Below are positions 52,581 to 63,170 of a stretch of DNA of 64,000 nucleotides, piece after piece (positions within the stretch are counted from its first letter, which is position 1; every line of letters begins with the position of its first letter). The stretch is from the NCBI GenBank assembly GCA_965237675.1, contig OZ250150.1, positions 1,440,001 to 1,504,000 on the forward strand. Direction: 5' to 3'. The notes under the pieces are model-generated. The model ran no database searches, was not told the DNA's origin, and saw only the letters and a list, made by a program, of their open reading frames with translations. Both the position numbers and the translations under genes were made by a program. Origin of the DNA: Candidatus Latescibacterota bacterium (GTDB lineage Bacteria; Latescibacterota; UBA2968; GCA-2709665).

Positions 52581-53510
52581 GGTCCTTGTATCTCAACCTC
52601 TTGCCGACCATGTTGATTACAACATCCGCCATTTGGTCGGCGGTATCCAGATCGCGGACGTTGTGACGACCACAGAACTCATTGACATAACGTCGCAAAT
52701 GCTGATCGCTCATTTTGTGGTAGGTTCCGTAGTATCCCCGCTTCAGCAATGACCAGAATGATTCAATACCGTTTGTGTGCGCCTGCCCCTGCACGTATTC
52801 CCCCACGCCATGCTTGACTGCTTTATGGTGAACCCCCGACAGCCCTTTGTAGGCCGCTGCTTCATCCGTATATACCGTTGTGTCCTTCTCTCCGTATGCC
52901 GTGCAACAAAGCCCTTCAGCGTTGGCCCATCAACGGATGGCGCAATCGCTGCCTCTACCTTGTTTGTATCTCTGTCACGCGCCCCCACGACTGCCGTTTT
53001 TCCAACTGTCCCGCGTCCAGCATTCAATTTCTTTTTGGAATGCTTGTTTCGTTCTTTGCCACCGACAAATGTTTCATCTACCTCCACCGGTCCGGCAAAC
53101 GTCGTTTCCCCCCTGTCAAATGTCTCGCGGATTCTGTGGGCCATGTGCCAGGCTGTTTTCTGAGTCACACCAATATCCCGATGCAGTTTCATGCTTGACG
53201 TTCCCTTTATGCCCGTTGTCATAAGATAAATCGCTATTGCCCATTTGCGATAACCGATCTTTGACGATTGCATGAGCGTTCCGGTCTTGACAGAAAAGAA
53301 CTTCCGACAGTCCATGCAATGATAGGGCATTGTCGGATGGCCGCCGTTGCGTTTGACTCGCAGGCTGTCACAATGGGCACAATGAACGGTATTGTCCCAA
53401 CGTTTTTCAATAAACCACTGTTCCGCTATATCGTCTGTTGGAAATTTGTCGAATAGCTGAATCAGCGTGATACCTTCTCTGTCTGATCTTCCCGGCGCTT
53501 TGTGTTCCAT
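52570..53510 (-). pseudogene. IS1595-family transposase with a frameshift near 52888
   Basis: Zn ribbon CAHC..CMDC, VEVDETFVGG; shifted frame gives VYTDEAAAY..HTNGIESFWSLLKRG..YVNEFCGRHN. Confidence 0.9.
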
Positions 53511-53611
53511 GACAACCTCCAAAGAATCAATTGTTTATTAATTACAGTAGAAAGATAAACAAAAATTTGGGGATTGTCAAGGGAAAACGTTTACTTTGGT
53601 ATATAATTCCC

Positions 53612-53766
53612 ATAAATATGGCCAGGCTAGCGTACCTGCAGGCTGGTCTAAGTACGGCGAACTTTAAGAGTGTGGTGTACTGGGAGTAGATTAGTAACGC
53701 GGCAAGCGCCGACAAGATGGCAATGATGTCACGCGGCCATCTGACTAAGTTGGATCTGTCACGCAT
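53612..53766 (-). pseudogene. Truncated 5' copy of the GT-C-like membrane gene, cut by IS1595
   Basis: MRDRSNLVRWPRDIIAILS..SLAIFM parallels the start of 56372..58876 and runs into the TIR. Confidence 0.8.
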
Positions 53767-53769
53767 CGG

Positions 53770-56262
53770 TTACCTTCCTTCGCTAACCGGTTCCAACCAC
53801 TGCCTGATCTGACCGGCCTGCGGATGGCTGGGTTCGAGTTCCAATGTTTTCTCAAAATGAACCCTGGCTTGGTCGCCACGTTTCAAGGCCCGATATGACA
53901 GGCCCAGGAGCAGGTGTGCGTTCGCGTGGTTGGGGTTCAGTTGAACGGCTTTTTGGATATATGGGATCGCTTTTTCGTGTTCCCTCATGTCGTAGTACGT
54001 ATCGCCGATGTTCAGATAGGCCATCGCGTTCGCCTGGCCTCCCTGAAGCTCGAGCGCTTTCTCCAAGTGTTCAATGGCCTCCGGGTAACGGCCCCTGGCT
54101 CTGTGAATCAATCCGAGATTCCTATGAGCCCGGGCATCGTCGGGTTGCAGTTCCAGGGCTCTTTCAAGGTATTGGATACCGGTGTCGTACCGGCCGATTA
54201 TGCCGTAGACAGCACCGAGGTTCGCATGGGCAGCGGCGTGTTCGGGTTGGATAGCAACCGCTTCTTTAAGGAGTTCGATCGCACGGTCGTTCTGCCCTGC
54301 GTCACTGCAGGCCAAGGCGAGGTCCACCAATGTGCGGGTGTGCCGGGGCCGCAACGTGTTGGCTTTTTCAAGGTGAAGGATCGCCCTGGCGTGCTGCCCC
54401 GCGAGGCGGTATGCCCTGCCCAGATTACCGTGAGTGGTGGCGCTTTTCGGTTGTAGCACGACGGCTTTTTGGATGTGTTCAATGGATTTGGCGAGTTGCC
54501 CGGTTCTTTGGAATAATGCGCCGAGGTTCATATGTGCATTAGTTAAATCGGGTTGCAGTGCGATGGCCCTCCTGGTGTATTCGATGGCTTTTTCGACCTG
54601 GCCCATATCGCTATAGGCGGCGCCGAGGTTCATATATGGAAGGGCGAGGTCCGGGCGGAGGTTGACAGCTTCCTTGTAGTATTCAATCGCATTGGCGGAC
54701 TGCCCCGTTTCTCGGTACACGTTCCCCACGACCAACCAGCGATTGGGATTGGTCGGGTCGGCGTTCAGCGCACGTTTATATGCTTCGAGGGCCGCTGATG
54801 GGTTCTCCTGCTGTCCATGGAATTTGCCCAGGCTGAGCCAGCCGGTAGCGCTGGCGTGGCCCGTAAGTGTGTGCAACTGATTCTCAAAACGTGCTTCCGC
54901 TGGTTCGGCGCTCGCGTTGACGCCAATCCATAAAAGGGTATGCAGAGCAGCCGCTCCGCAGATAAGAAAGCCGCGGTGAAAGAGACGCTCGCGCTCTCGC
55001 ATTCGTTCGACAAATGCGGCGGCCGCCCACAACGTGAGCGGAAGCGCAGGAAGAGATAGAATGTCCCAGTCTCGAAATGCGCCAATATTGGCTTTTGCGA
55101 TGAACGTAAAGAGGAGAGCAACAACGGTACACAAAGTGAGGAAGGTGTGACGGCCCAAATGGTTCTTTCGAAAAAGGAACAATGTCATACAGGCCGCGGG
55201 GGCCGCAAGCAGTTGCAGGTTTACGAAGTCCATTAGATGCGCGAACGAAAATATGCGATATTGCGCGTAATACCCCGGTTGCTCGAATAGAGGTAGGAAC
55301 TCGCCGCTACCCGTCCGGCCCAAGTAGCCCTCGAAGCTGACCCCGCTCAACCCCAAGCAAACAGCGGCGCCAAGAGGAACGCAGAAGAGGCCGGCCGTGG
55401 TGGCGAGGATGACTTTATAGGGCGGGGCATTTTCTTGTCTGTTACGATAATCTCGGTAGGCCAGGTATAGCAGAGACGGCCCAAAGATGGCGAGAACCCG
55501 ATGGAATACAATCAGCACGCCTAGAAGCAGCGCGGGAACAGAGAGGTGCACGCGGTTTTCTAGTGTGCGCTGTCCCAAGAATAGGTAGAGGAGGAGTCCT
55601 GGTATGTATAGTGCGTAATTCTCCACGTATCCGAAGAATTGCTGGATGAAACCTGCCGTAAGGAGAAACGCAAGAAAGACGGATCTTTCCAAGGCGTTCT
55701 TGCCAAGAGCGGCGGCAACCGGGAAGGAAAGTAGAACGTACAGGGTACCTGAAATGTAGCTGTACAGACGGTAGGTGTTTTCGGCGGTTACCCAAAGGGC
55801 GCCGCCCGCCCGGTGCAGGGTGCCTATTAGGGCATAGGTGAGCGGTGCCCGGTATTTGTCGTGCCAGGTGTCAGCTTCGAGTTTTTCAAGCAGGTGGTAC
55901 CCGTCGCCCAGGAAATGCCTGGAGGAGGAGAGCGCGATAAAGGCGGCGAGCGCAATGAGCAGCAACGCGGTCCGCGTGATCCAGACGCGGCGGCCCTGAC
56001 CCCACAGCGACAACGGGACGGCGCACGCACATGCGCGGACCTGCCGGCGGAACCCCGGAATAAACAGGAGGACGGCAAGAAGTATAAACAGTGCCTGGAT
56101 CGGCACGGGCATATAGAATAGAAAGTCGACGCCCCACATGGGGTTGGGTCGCCAGACGAGCGGCAGGAGGTGGAGACCCAGGAATATGGCTGCGATGATG
56201 GCGGGTCGTGAAATTGCGCGTCCCTCTGGTTGGCTCACTTCTGTGTTCGGGTTGTTGCTCAA
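53770..56262 (-). CDS. Multi-pass membrane protein with C-terminal TPR array, copy 2
   Basis: About 12 TM segments, RHFLGDGY, FGYVENYA, about 9 TPRs; a TTG start at 56262 gives 830 aa, exactly colinear with the paralog (offset 5110). Confidence 0.85.
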   Translation of the reverse strand: MSNNPNTEVSQPEGRAISRPAIIAAIFLGLHLLPLVWRPNPMWGVDFLFYMPVPIQALFILLAVLLFIPGFRRQVRACACAVPLSLWGQGRRVWITRTALLLIALAAFIALSSSRHFLGDGYHLLEKLEADTWHDKYRAPLTYALIGTLHRAGGALWVTAENTYRLYSYISGTLYVLLSFPVAAALGKNALERSVFLAFLLTAGFIQQFFGYVENYALYIPGLLLYLFLGQRTLENRVHLSVPALLLGVLIVFHRVLAIFGPSLLYLAYRDYRNRQENAPPYKVILATTAGLFCVPLGAAVCLGLSGVSFEGYLGRTGSGEFLPLFEQPGYYAQYRIFSFAHLMDFVNLQLLAAPAACMTLFLFRKNHLGRHTFLTLCTVVALLFTFIAKANIGAFRDWDILSLPALPLTLWAAAAFVERMRERERLFHRGFLICGAAALHTLLWIGVNASAEPAEARFENQLHTLTGHASATGWLSLGKFHGQQENPSAALEAYKRALNADPTNPNRWLVVGNVYRETGQSANAIEYYKEAVNLRPDLALPYMNLGAAYSDMGQVEKAIEYTRRAIALQPDLTNAHMNLGALFQRTGQLAKSIEHIQKAVVLQPKSATTHGNLGRAYRLAGQHARAILHLEKANTLRPRHTRTLVDLALACSDAGQNDRAIELLKEAVAIQPEHAAAHANLGAVYGIIGRYDTGIQYLERALELQPDDARAHRNLGLIHRARGRYPEAIEHLEKALELQGGQANAMAYLNIGDTYYDMREHEKAIPYIQKAVQLNPNHANAHLLLGLSYRALKRGDQARVHFEKTLELEPSHPQAGQIRQWLEPVSEGR

Positions 56263-56371
56263 GTGAAGGTCTTCCATTTCACGTGCGTCGTACGGGCGAC
56301 GAGGTCGGAGCAGCAAATCGGTCCACCCACAGCAGATACACACGATTCTGCCCGATGATCAAGGTGTACCC

Positions 56372-58876
56372 TTAATTCACCGGGTATCTATGCTTGTTCT
56401 TAAGGAAATACTTTATCGGTACACTGTGACGAGCCCGCCATCCGAAGTATCCGATGCAAGCAGTGACCAATGCGATGTTCAGGATAAGCAATCCGCGTCT
56501 CAGTGGTGACAGAACGGGTTTCAAGACGATGCGATGTTCCCCCTCGTTCAGGCGCACGGCGATGAACCGTCCAGCCGTCTGGTAGGGCACGACTTGCCTG
56601 GAGTTGACGGTCACGTTCAGATAGGGAGAATACGCATAGGCCAATCGGGCAAAGCATGCACTGGAGGTGCGGACGAGTATCTCAACGCGCTGATTCCAGG
56701 TTCGGTGCTCGAGCACCTGGACCGAAGGCGAGGTACCAAGATCTTCTCCGCCCTTATACCCTGCCAACAGTATCTGGTCGCAGGTGTTTTCCGACTGGTC
56801 TAAGCCGATTGCCTTTATCAATTGTAATAATGCCGATTGAGCTTGAGAGTCTACGTGGCTATTTACCGGAAGATCCCAACCCTGGACAGTTGAAGAGACG
56901 ACTACTGGTGAAGCGGCCGGTACCGTCCAGATCATTAGTTCTTTTTTATTGGAATGGCGCGCGATAAAGCGCTTCGTATTCAACAAGTAAAGCCCGTCGT
57001 TAAGAGGTCCGAAATTCTGCGCGGCGGGCGATTCGAGCCTCTCCGCCTTTCTTATCGAAGAATTGAGCGACTTCTCCAAGGGATGGCAGAAGATATTTGT
57101 AGCCAGTGGCGCTTCATTGAATAAGCCAAGAAACGTCACTAAGCCCGTCTTGATAGTCAAGTACGAGATGGAAAATGGACGATACTCAGAGTCTGTTGCA
57201 TAATAACTGCGAAAATTGGGGATTTCACCATTAGGGAACTGCGATGCCTCGCTTTGCAGTAGCTGGGTTGCTTTAGTGCCTACGATCAGTGGTCGTTTCA
57301 GATCACTGTGGCGTAAATAGGGCTGTTGAAAGGTAGTCGGTCCCAAATCAACGAATACGATTATCAGCAGAATGGTGAAAATATGGATGCCCGTTCCCCG
57401 ACGGCAAAAAAAACGGACGAGAGAGATGGAACTCACGCCGACCGTTACCGACAAAAAGAAGACAACAAAAAGCAGGTAGCGCCCCGCGTTGAATGCCTGA
57501 ACGAAGCTCAGGGAACCTAACGGCCATCGATACCCGAAAACCAATAAAAAGGAGACCGTCAGGCATGCAACTGCTGGCCACAATTTCGAAGGCAGGTCTG
57601 CAGCCAACGTCATCTTGAAATCTTCCTGTTTCGCGGATCCGGACGCATGCGGGCCCGGTTGACGACTCCTGAACAGCAGCGTACCAGCCAGCCCCACCAG
57701 GGACAGTGCGATTAGCGACAGTCCCAAATAGCCGCCGTACCAGTGGTTGGTTTCAATGAAGAAAAGACGGAAGCGATAGTTGGACCAGATGAGAAGCTGG
57801 CCCAAGGTTGGATCCGGCAGGCCCGAAAGGTTGACGCCTAAATTCAGTCCGACGTTTTCCCGCTCCAACCACATCGGAAGTGTAAGATAGGCGCCAAAAG
57901 CCATGCCTCCCGTCAACAGCAACAGACTGTGCCAGGAGACGGAGCGGTTCGCGTGACGGCCTGTGTCGATCCAAATCCGAATGCACACGTAAAGACCAAA
58001 CAACACCGTGGCCCAAAAAGCGTAGCCCGGATGTGTGAAGGCCAACAATCCCAGGGTCAGCCCGCCTCCCATCGCACTCGGCAATTTAGGAGTACGCGCC
58101 CTAAGACGCTCGAAGAAGTAGAAAGGAAAGGGAAGCACGGCATAAAACACCGAGAGTGGGTATCTCCCCATTATGAGGACCTGCTGGGTATGCCAGACAC
58201 ACATCACGTAGGCCATTGCCGCCATAAAGCCAGCTTGTCTGTTGAAGAGCGTCCGTACGAACAGATACATCCCGATCCCCGAAATCACATGGCTGGCCCC
58301 CATAATGAACTTTAGTGAGAATTCCAGATCAGAAAAAAGCTGATTGACCGCACCCGACAGGTAGAAGAAGAGAAAGCCATAGAACTGGCAGTATGGACCG
58401 CCCGTTCCGAAGTAATTCGTCCATATGGGGAACTCTCCCTGGGAGAACGCCTGGGAAGCAATCCAGGCATAGCCGATATGAAAGTTCGCATCGCCAGCCC
58501 ATGCGAGTCCTCCCCGAGAGAAATAATAGCGAGCGCAAAACAGGCAGGCGATGACCAAAACCAAAAGTGTCCGCTTCTCGGTCTCGAATACCTTGCTCAG
58601 AAATGTCGACAGACGCTTTTTGCGTAGTTCCAGGACGATGATGGTCACGAATAAGGCAACAATCAGGCCTGCCACAATCGCATCTGACATATCGAACTGT
58701 ACATGCCGTTTTACGACCGGTACAAATATGGCTAAGCTACGGTACCTCTTGGCCGGTCCAAGTACCGCGAACTTAAAGAGTGTGGTATACTGGGAATAGA
58801 TCAGTAACACAGCAAGCGACAACAGGATTGCGATAATTTCACGTGGCCATCTGACTAAGTTGGATCTGTCACGCAT
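56372..58876 (-). CDS. Polytopic membrane protein, YfhO / PTPS-related GT-C-like glycosyltransferase
   Basis: GDANFH in the first loop, FPIWTNYFGTGGPYCQFYG, many TMs, C-terminal LAYAYSPYLNVTVN..FIAVRLNEGEHRIVL. Confidence 0.7.
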   Translation of the reverse strand: MRDRSNLVRWPREIIAILLSLAVLLIYSQYTTLFKFAVLGPAKRYRSLAIFVPVVKRHVQFDMSDAIVAGLIVALFVTIIVLELRKKRLSTFLSKVFETEKRTLLVLVIACLFCARYYFSRGGLAWAGDANFHIGYAWIASQAFSQGEFPIWTNYFGTGGPYCQFYGFLFFYLSGAVNQLFSDLEFSLKFIMGASHVISGIGMYLFVRTLFNRQAGFMAAMAYVMCVWHTQQVLIMGRYPLSVFYAVLPFPFYFFERLRARTPKLPSAMGGGLTLGLLAFTHPGYAFWATVLFGLYVCIRIWIDTGRHANRSVSWHSLLLLTGGMAFGAYLTLPMWLERENVGLNLGVNLSGLPDPTLGQLLIWSNYRFRLFFIETNHWYGGYLGLSLIALSLVGLAGTLLFRSRQPGPHASGSAKQEDFKMTLAADLPSKLWPAVACLTVSFLLVFGYRWPLGSLSFVQAFNAGRYLLFVVFFLSVTVGVSSISLVRFFCRRGTGIHIFTILLIIVFVDLGPTTFQQPYLRHSDLKRPLIVGTKATQLLQSEASQFPNGEIPNFRSYYATDSEYRPFSISYLTIKTGLVTFLGLFNEAPLATNIFCHPLEKSLNSSIRKAERLESPAAQNFGPLNDGLYLLNTKRFIARHSNKKELMIWTVPAASPVVVSSTVQGWDLPVNSHVDSQAQSALLQLIKAIGLDQSENTCDQILLAGYKGGEDLGTSPSVQVLEHRTWNQRVEILVRTSSACFARLAYAYSPYLNVTVNSRQVVPYQTAGRFIAVRLNEGEHRIVLKPVLSPLRRGLLILNIALVTACIGYFGWRARHSVPIKYFLKNKHRYPVN

Positions 58877-58879
58877 CGG

Positions 58880-61372
58880 TTACCTTCCTTCGCTAACCGG
58901 TTCCAACCACTGCCTGATCTGACCGGCCTGCGGATGGCTGGGTTCGAGTTCCAATGTTTTCTCAAAATGAACCCTGGCTTGGTCGCCACGCTTCAAAGCT
59001 CGATAGGCCAGGCCGAGGAGCAGGTGCGCGTTTGCGTGATCGGGATCCAGTTGAATGGCCTTTTGAAAATAGGGGATCGCTTTTTCGTGTTCCCTCATGT
59101 CGTAGTACGTGTCGCCGATGTTCAGATAGGTCATCGCGTTCGCCTGGCCTCCCTGAAGCTCGAGCGCTTTCTCCAAGTGTTCAATGGCCTCCGGGTAACG
59201 GCCCCTGGCTCTGTGAATCAATCCGAGATTCCTATGAGCCCGGGCATGGTCGGGTTGCAGTTCCAGGGCTCTTTCAAGGTATTGGATACCGGTGTCGTAC
59301 CGGCCGATTATGCCGTAGACAGCACCGAGGTTCGCATGGGCAGCGGCGTGTTCGGGTTGGATAGCAACCGCTTCTTTAAGGAGTTCGATCGCACGGTCGT
59401 TCTGCCCTGCGTCACTGCAGGCCAAGGCGAGGTCCACCAATGTGCGGGTGTGCCGGGGCCGCAACGTGTTGGCTTTTTCAAGGTGAAGGATCGCCCTGGC
59501 GTGCTGCCCCGCGAGGCGGTATGCCCTGCCCAGATTACCGTGAGTGGTGGCGCTTTTCGGTTGTAGCACGACGGCTTTTTGGATGTGTTCAATGGATTTG
59601 GCGAGTTGCCCGGTTCTTTGGAATAATGCGCCGAGGTTCATATGTGCATTAGTTAAATCGGGTTGCAGTGCGATGGCCCTCCTGGTGTATTCGATGGCTT
59701 TTTCGACCTGGCCCATATCGCTATAGGCGGCGCCGAGGTTCATATATGGAAGGGCGAGGTCCGGGCGGAGGTTGACAGCTTCCTTGTAGTATTCAATCGC
59801 ATTGGCGGACTGCCCCGTTTCTCGGTACACGTTCCCCACGACCAACCAGCGATTGGGATTCGTCGGGTCGGCGTCAATCGCTCGCTCGTATGCATAGAGC
59901 GCTGCGGTAGTGTTCTGTTGCCGGCCATGGTATTTGCCCAGGGTTATCCAACCGTTAACGGCGGAAATGCCGGTGAGCCGGTTTACCAGGTGGACGAATC
60001 GGTCTTCAGCCGGCCCGGCACTGGCGTTGAGGCCGATCCAAAAAAGTGTATGGAACGCCGCCGCCCCACACAAGAGGAAGGCACTATGGAAGAGCGGTTC
60101 ACGAGCGCGGATGCGTGCCATGAGCGCTGTGGATACCCATAGAGTCAGGGGCAGCGCCGGCAGCGAGAAAATGTCCCAGTCTCTAAAGACACCGATTTCC
60201 GGTCTCGCGAGGAACGTGAAGAAGAGAGGGAATACGGCGGCGATGAGGAGAAAGGGTTGATGACGGAGGTCTCTCTTACGAAGCAGGGCGCAGGCCATAC
60301 AAGCAACGGGGGCCGTGAGCAATTGTTGGTTCAGAAAGTCGAGGAAATGCTCGAGCGAGAATATTCGGTATTGCGACTGAAGGCCCGGTTCCGCAAATAG
60401 TGGCAAGAAATTTCTGCCGCCCATCCGACCCACGTAATCTTCGAAACCGATTCCGCTCAGCCCGAGCAACACGGCGGTACTCACCGGCACGCAGCAAAGG
60501 GCTGCGACGGTGGCGGCGGTGTTTTTCCAGGATGGGCCGGCATCCTGCCGGTGGTGCCACGTGCGGTACGCGAGGAAGAGCAGGGACGGTCCAAAGACGG
60601 CGAACGCCTGGTGAAGGGCGAGCAGCATGCCCAAGACGAGCGCGGGGGCGTACAGGGACAACCGGTACCTAAGTGTGTACAGGCCCATGAGGAGGTAGAG
60701 TAAAAGGCCCGGAATGTACAGGGCGTAATTCTCCACGTACCCGAAGAAAAGCTGCATATATCCCGCCGTGAGCAGGACGGCCAGGACGACGGACTTCTCC
60801 TGCTTGTTTTTTCCGAGGGCGGCGGCGACCGGAAAGCTGAGCAGGACATAGAGTACGCCGGACGCATAGCTGTAGATTCGGTACGTGTTCTCGGCGGTCT
60901 CCCAGAAGGCCCGACCCGCATGATGCATGGCACGGATCAAGGCGAAGCTGAGCGGCGCCCGGGACTGATCCTGCAAGGTATCCGCTTCCAGTTTTCGAAG
61001 CAGGAGATAACCGTCACCCAGGAAATGGCGGGCGGAGGAAAGCGCAATAAAGGCGGCGAAGGCGAGGAGTACAGCCAGGGTTCGGGTGACCCACACGCGC
61101 CGGCCGCCATCCCAGAGTGCGATCGGGAAGGCGTCCACCCATGAGCGGATTCGACGGCGTAAACTGGGAATAAACAGCAGGACGGCCAGCAGAATGAAGA
61201 GGCCCTGGATTGGTCTGGACATATAGAAGAGGAAGTCGACACCCCAGGAGGGATTGGGCTGCCAGAAGACCACCAGGAGGTGCAAACCCAGAAACACGGC
61301 GGCAACGATGGCGGGTTGTGAGAGCTTTCCCCGGCGTGGATGGTTTGATTTTGAAGGACGTTCTTTGCTCAA
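58880..61372 (-). CDS. Multi-pass membrane protein with C-terminal TPR array, copy 1
   Basis: Same architecture as 53770..56262. Confidence 0.88.
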   Translation of the reverse strand: MSKERPSKSNHPRRGKLSQPAIVAAVFLGLHLLVVFWQPNPSWGVDFLFYMSRPIQGLFILLAVLLFIPSLRRRIRSWVDAFPIALWDGGRRVWVTRTLAVLLAFAAFIALSSARHFLGDGYLLLRKLEADTLQDQSRAPLSFALIRAMHHAGRAFWETAENTYRIYSYASGVLYVLLSFPVAAALGKNKQEKSVVLAVLLTAGYMQLFFGYVENYALYIPGLLLYLLMGLYTLRYRLSLYAPALVLGMLLALHQAFAVFGPSLLFLAYRTWHHRQDAGPSWKNTAATVAALCCVPVSTAVLLGLSGIGFEDYVGRMGGRNFLPLFAEPGLQSQYRIFSLEHFLDFLNQQLLTAPVACMACALLRKRDLRHQPFLLIAAVFPLFFTFLARPEIGVFRDWDIFSLPALPLTLWVSTALMARIRAREPLFHSAFLLCGAAAFHTLFWIGLNASAGPAEDRFVHLVNRLTGISAVNGWITLGKYHGRQQNTTAALYAYERAIDADPTNPNRWLVVGNVYRETGQSANAIEYYKEAVNLRPDLALPYMNLGAAYSDMGQVEKAIEYTRRAIALQPDLTNAHMNLGALFQRTGQLAKSIEHIQKAVVLQPKSATTHGNLGRAYRLAGQHARAILHLEKANTLRPRHTRTLVDLALACSDAGQNDRAIELLKEAVAIQPEHAAAHANLGAVYGIIGRYDTGIQYLERALELQPDHARAHRNLGLIHRARGRYPEAIEHLEKALELQGGQANAMTYLNIGDTYYDMREHEKAIPYFQKAIQLDPDHANAHLLLGLAYRALKRGDQARVHFEKTLELEPSHPQAGQIRQWLEPVSEGR

Positions 61373-61629
61373 GGGCTCTTTCCTCTCCTGCCGGCGCCTT
61401 ACTGTCCTGGACCGCCACAGAAGGAAGGTTAAAAAAAACCGATGGCCCTGCGTGAAACTGCCGGGGCAGGAACGGCGATGGTACCATATTTAAACCGTCC
61501 GGGCCGGTTGCGTACGTGTCCGGATTCTTCCCGTAGCCTTCCAGATATCAGCCGAATACCGCATCGATACAATTGGGGATACGGTCGGTGTTGTACGGTG
61601 CTTTTCCATGACATTAGCTGTGCATGTAC

Positions 61630-62457
61630 TTACACTCTTGACATGATCCGGAAGACAGATCGGGTCAACCAGAATCTGGGAGACCTGTAGTGTTTCCTGG
61701 CAAAATGGTGCAGGCTTTCAAATAGCATCTTCTTTCGGGGTCGCGGTACGGGGGATCTGCCTCCGTAGTGCACGATCGGAGCCACGGGAAAAAACCAACA
61801 CTGAAATCCGAGTTGGCCAACCCGGTAACAGAGATCCACGTCCTCACAGTACATGAAAAATCGCTCATCGAACCCGCCGACTTTCTTGAAGACGCCTCGG
61901 CGGATCCACAGATAGGCGCCGGTAACCCAGCTTACCTGATGCGGTTTACAATAGCCCACCCAGTGCTGATGAGAAAAGCGTCCCAGAAACGGTCGTGCCG
62001 GCGGCAGGTATTTGAGCAGGCGGCCTAGTCCCATACTAAAAAACGAAGGAAGCGACCCTGCGGATCGCTCCAACTTTCCCCGGTCGTCCAAAACGATACC
62101 CCCAGCGACTCCGCACTGAGGATATTCCTCAAATCTCAGCAATAACTCTGTTATGCTGTCTTCACAGAGTGTTGTATCCGGATTCAGAAAAAGCAGAATC
62201 GGCGAAGTGCAGCGTTCTGCACCAATATTGTTCGCCGTGCCGAATCCGACCGTTTTTTCAATCCGTACCAGTTTAGCCGCAGGGAACTTCCGCTGTACCA
62301 TGTCGGCGGATCCGTCGGTGGATCCGTTGTCCACAACCACGACTTCCAGTGAGTCGAATATGTCATGTTCTTGCAAAGATTCCAGACATGGTTTTAGCCA
62401 TTTCCTGGTGTCCACACTGACAATGACGACGGAGAGCAATGGTGCGGTATCAGGCAA
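61630..62457 (-). CDS. GT2 glycosyltransferase (WbbL-like)
   Basis: VVVDNGSTDGS, GFGTANN, FLNPD, GGFDERFFMYCEDVDLC. Confidence 0.9.
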   Translation of the reverse strand: MPDTAPLLSVVIVSVDTRKWLKPCLESLQEHDIFDSLEVVVVDNGSTDGSADMVQRKFPAAKLVRIEKTVGFGTANNIGAERCTSPILLFLNPDTTLCEDSITELLLRFEEYPQCGVAGGIVLDDRGKLERSAGSLPSFFSMGLGRLLKYLPPARPFLGRFSHQHWVGYCKPHQVSWVTGAYLWIRRGVFKKVGGFDERFFMYCEDVDLCYRVGQLGFQCWFFPVAPIVHYGGRSPVPRPRKKMLFESLHHFARKHYRSPRFWLTRSVFRIMSRV

Positions 62458-62543
62458 AACAGGAGCCTCGAATCAACGTCCGGGAGTGGATTGAAATATA
62501 ATCAGGCATGAGGATCGGATGATTCCCGTTTGCCGTGGACCCG

Positions 62544-63170
62544 TTAGACAACCTCATCTCCGCCTGTCTGTTTCTTCACTGTTTTCAGTTGAAACAAGAT
62601 TTCCCTGGCGGGTATGAGACCGGCAAAAAAGGCCTCATAAAGTTCAGGATAATTATTTGCAATACGCTCAATGCCGATCCATGCGAATACCCTGTTGAAT
62701 CTCAATCGGACGTATTCCTTGCGAAATCTTGTTGGACCGCTTGTCCTGAGCCTAATCTTGCCGGGGTTGTACAGGAACCGCAGGATTCGGTTTATGTACC
62801 CACGTCGGCCGGCGGAAAACGAGAAATAGTCGAATGTCCGACAAGCGAAATGGTGGCAATGTGTAGGATCAGCGTAGGAACCGGACGATGAGAAATGTGG
62901 TGTGGCGCCTTCCACAATCGCACAGTCGACGGTTACCCTCCCAATTTCCTCCATCAGATGAACCGTATCCCATATGTGTTCGATGACGTGGGTCATCTTC
63001 ACCCGTTCAAACACATTGTCCCGAAACGGCAGGTGTGGCCCACTCAGATCAGCCAGAACGTCCGCATCGGATCCGCGCCAGATATCCACACCAACCGCAC
63101 CCTTGGCTTTATTTCGTCCACATCCAAGATCAAGACTCTTCATTTCTCCCTTTCGCATGATCTCTATCAA
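62544..63170 (-). CDS. Class I SAM-dependent methyltransferase (surface-glycan type)
   Basis: LDLGCG, HVIEHI, TPHFSS..ADPTH. Confidence 0.85.
   Translation of the reverse strand: MIEIMRKGEMKSLDLGCGRNKAKGAVGVDIWRGSDADVLADLSGPHLPFRDNVFERVKMTHVIEHIWDTVHLMEEIGRVTVDCAIVEGATPHFSSSGSYADPTHCHHFACRTFDYFSFSAGRRGYINRILRFLYNPGKIRLRTSGPTRFRKEYVRLRFNRVFAWIGIERIANNYPELYEAFFAGLIPAREILFQLKTVKKQTGGDEVV

Larger units (their letters stand above)
50286..53611 (-). mobile_element. IS1595-family element (~3.3 kb) with passenger genes
   Basis: Perfect inverted repeat ATGGGAATTATATACCAAAGTAAAC at 50284-50308 and 53589-53613; lower GC than flanks; encloses transposase and MTase-HNH. Confidence 0.85.

Noticed and set aside
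53770-61372. Diversity-generating retroelement TR/VR pair
   Set aside because: No reverse transcriptase is present, differences are not adenine-specific, and both copies are full genes
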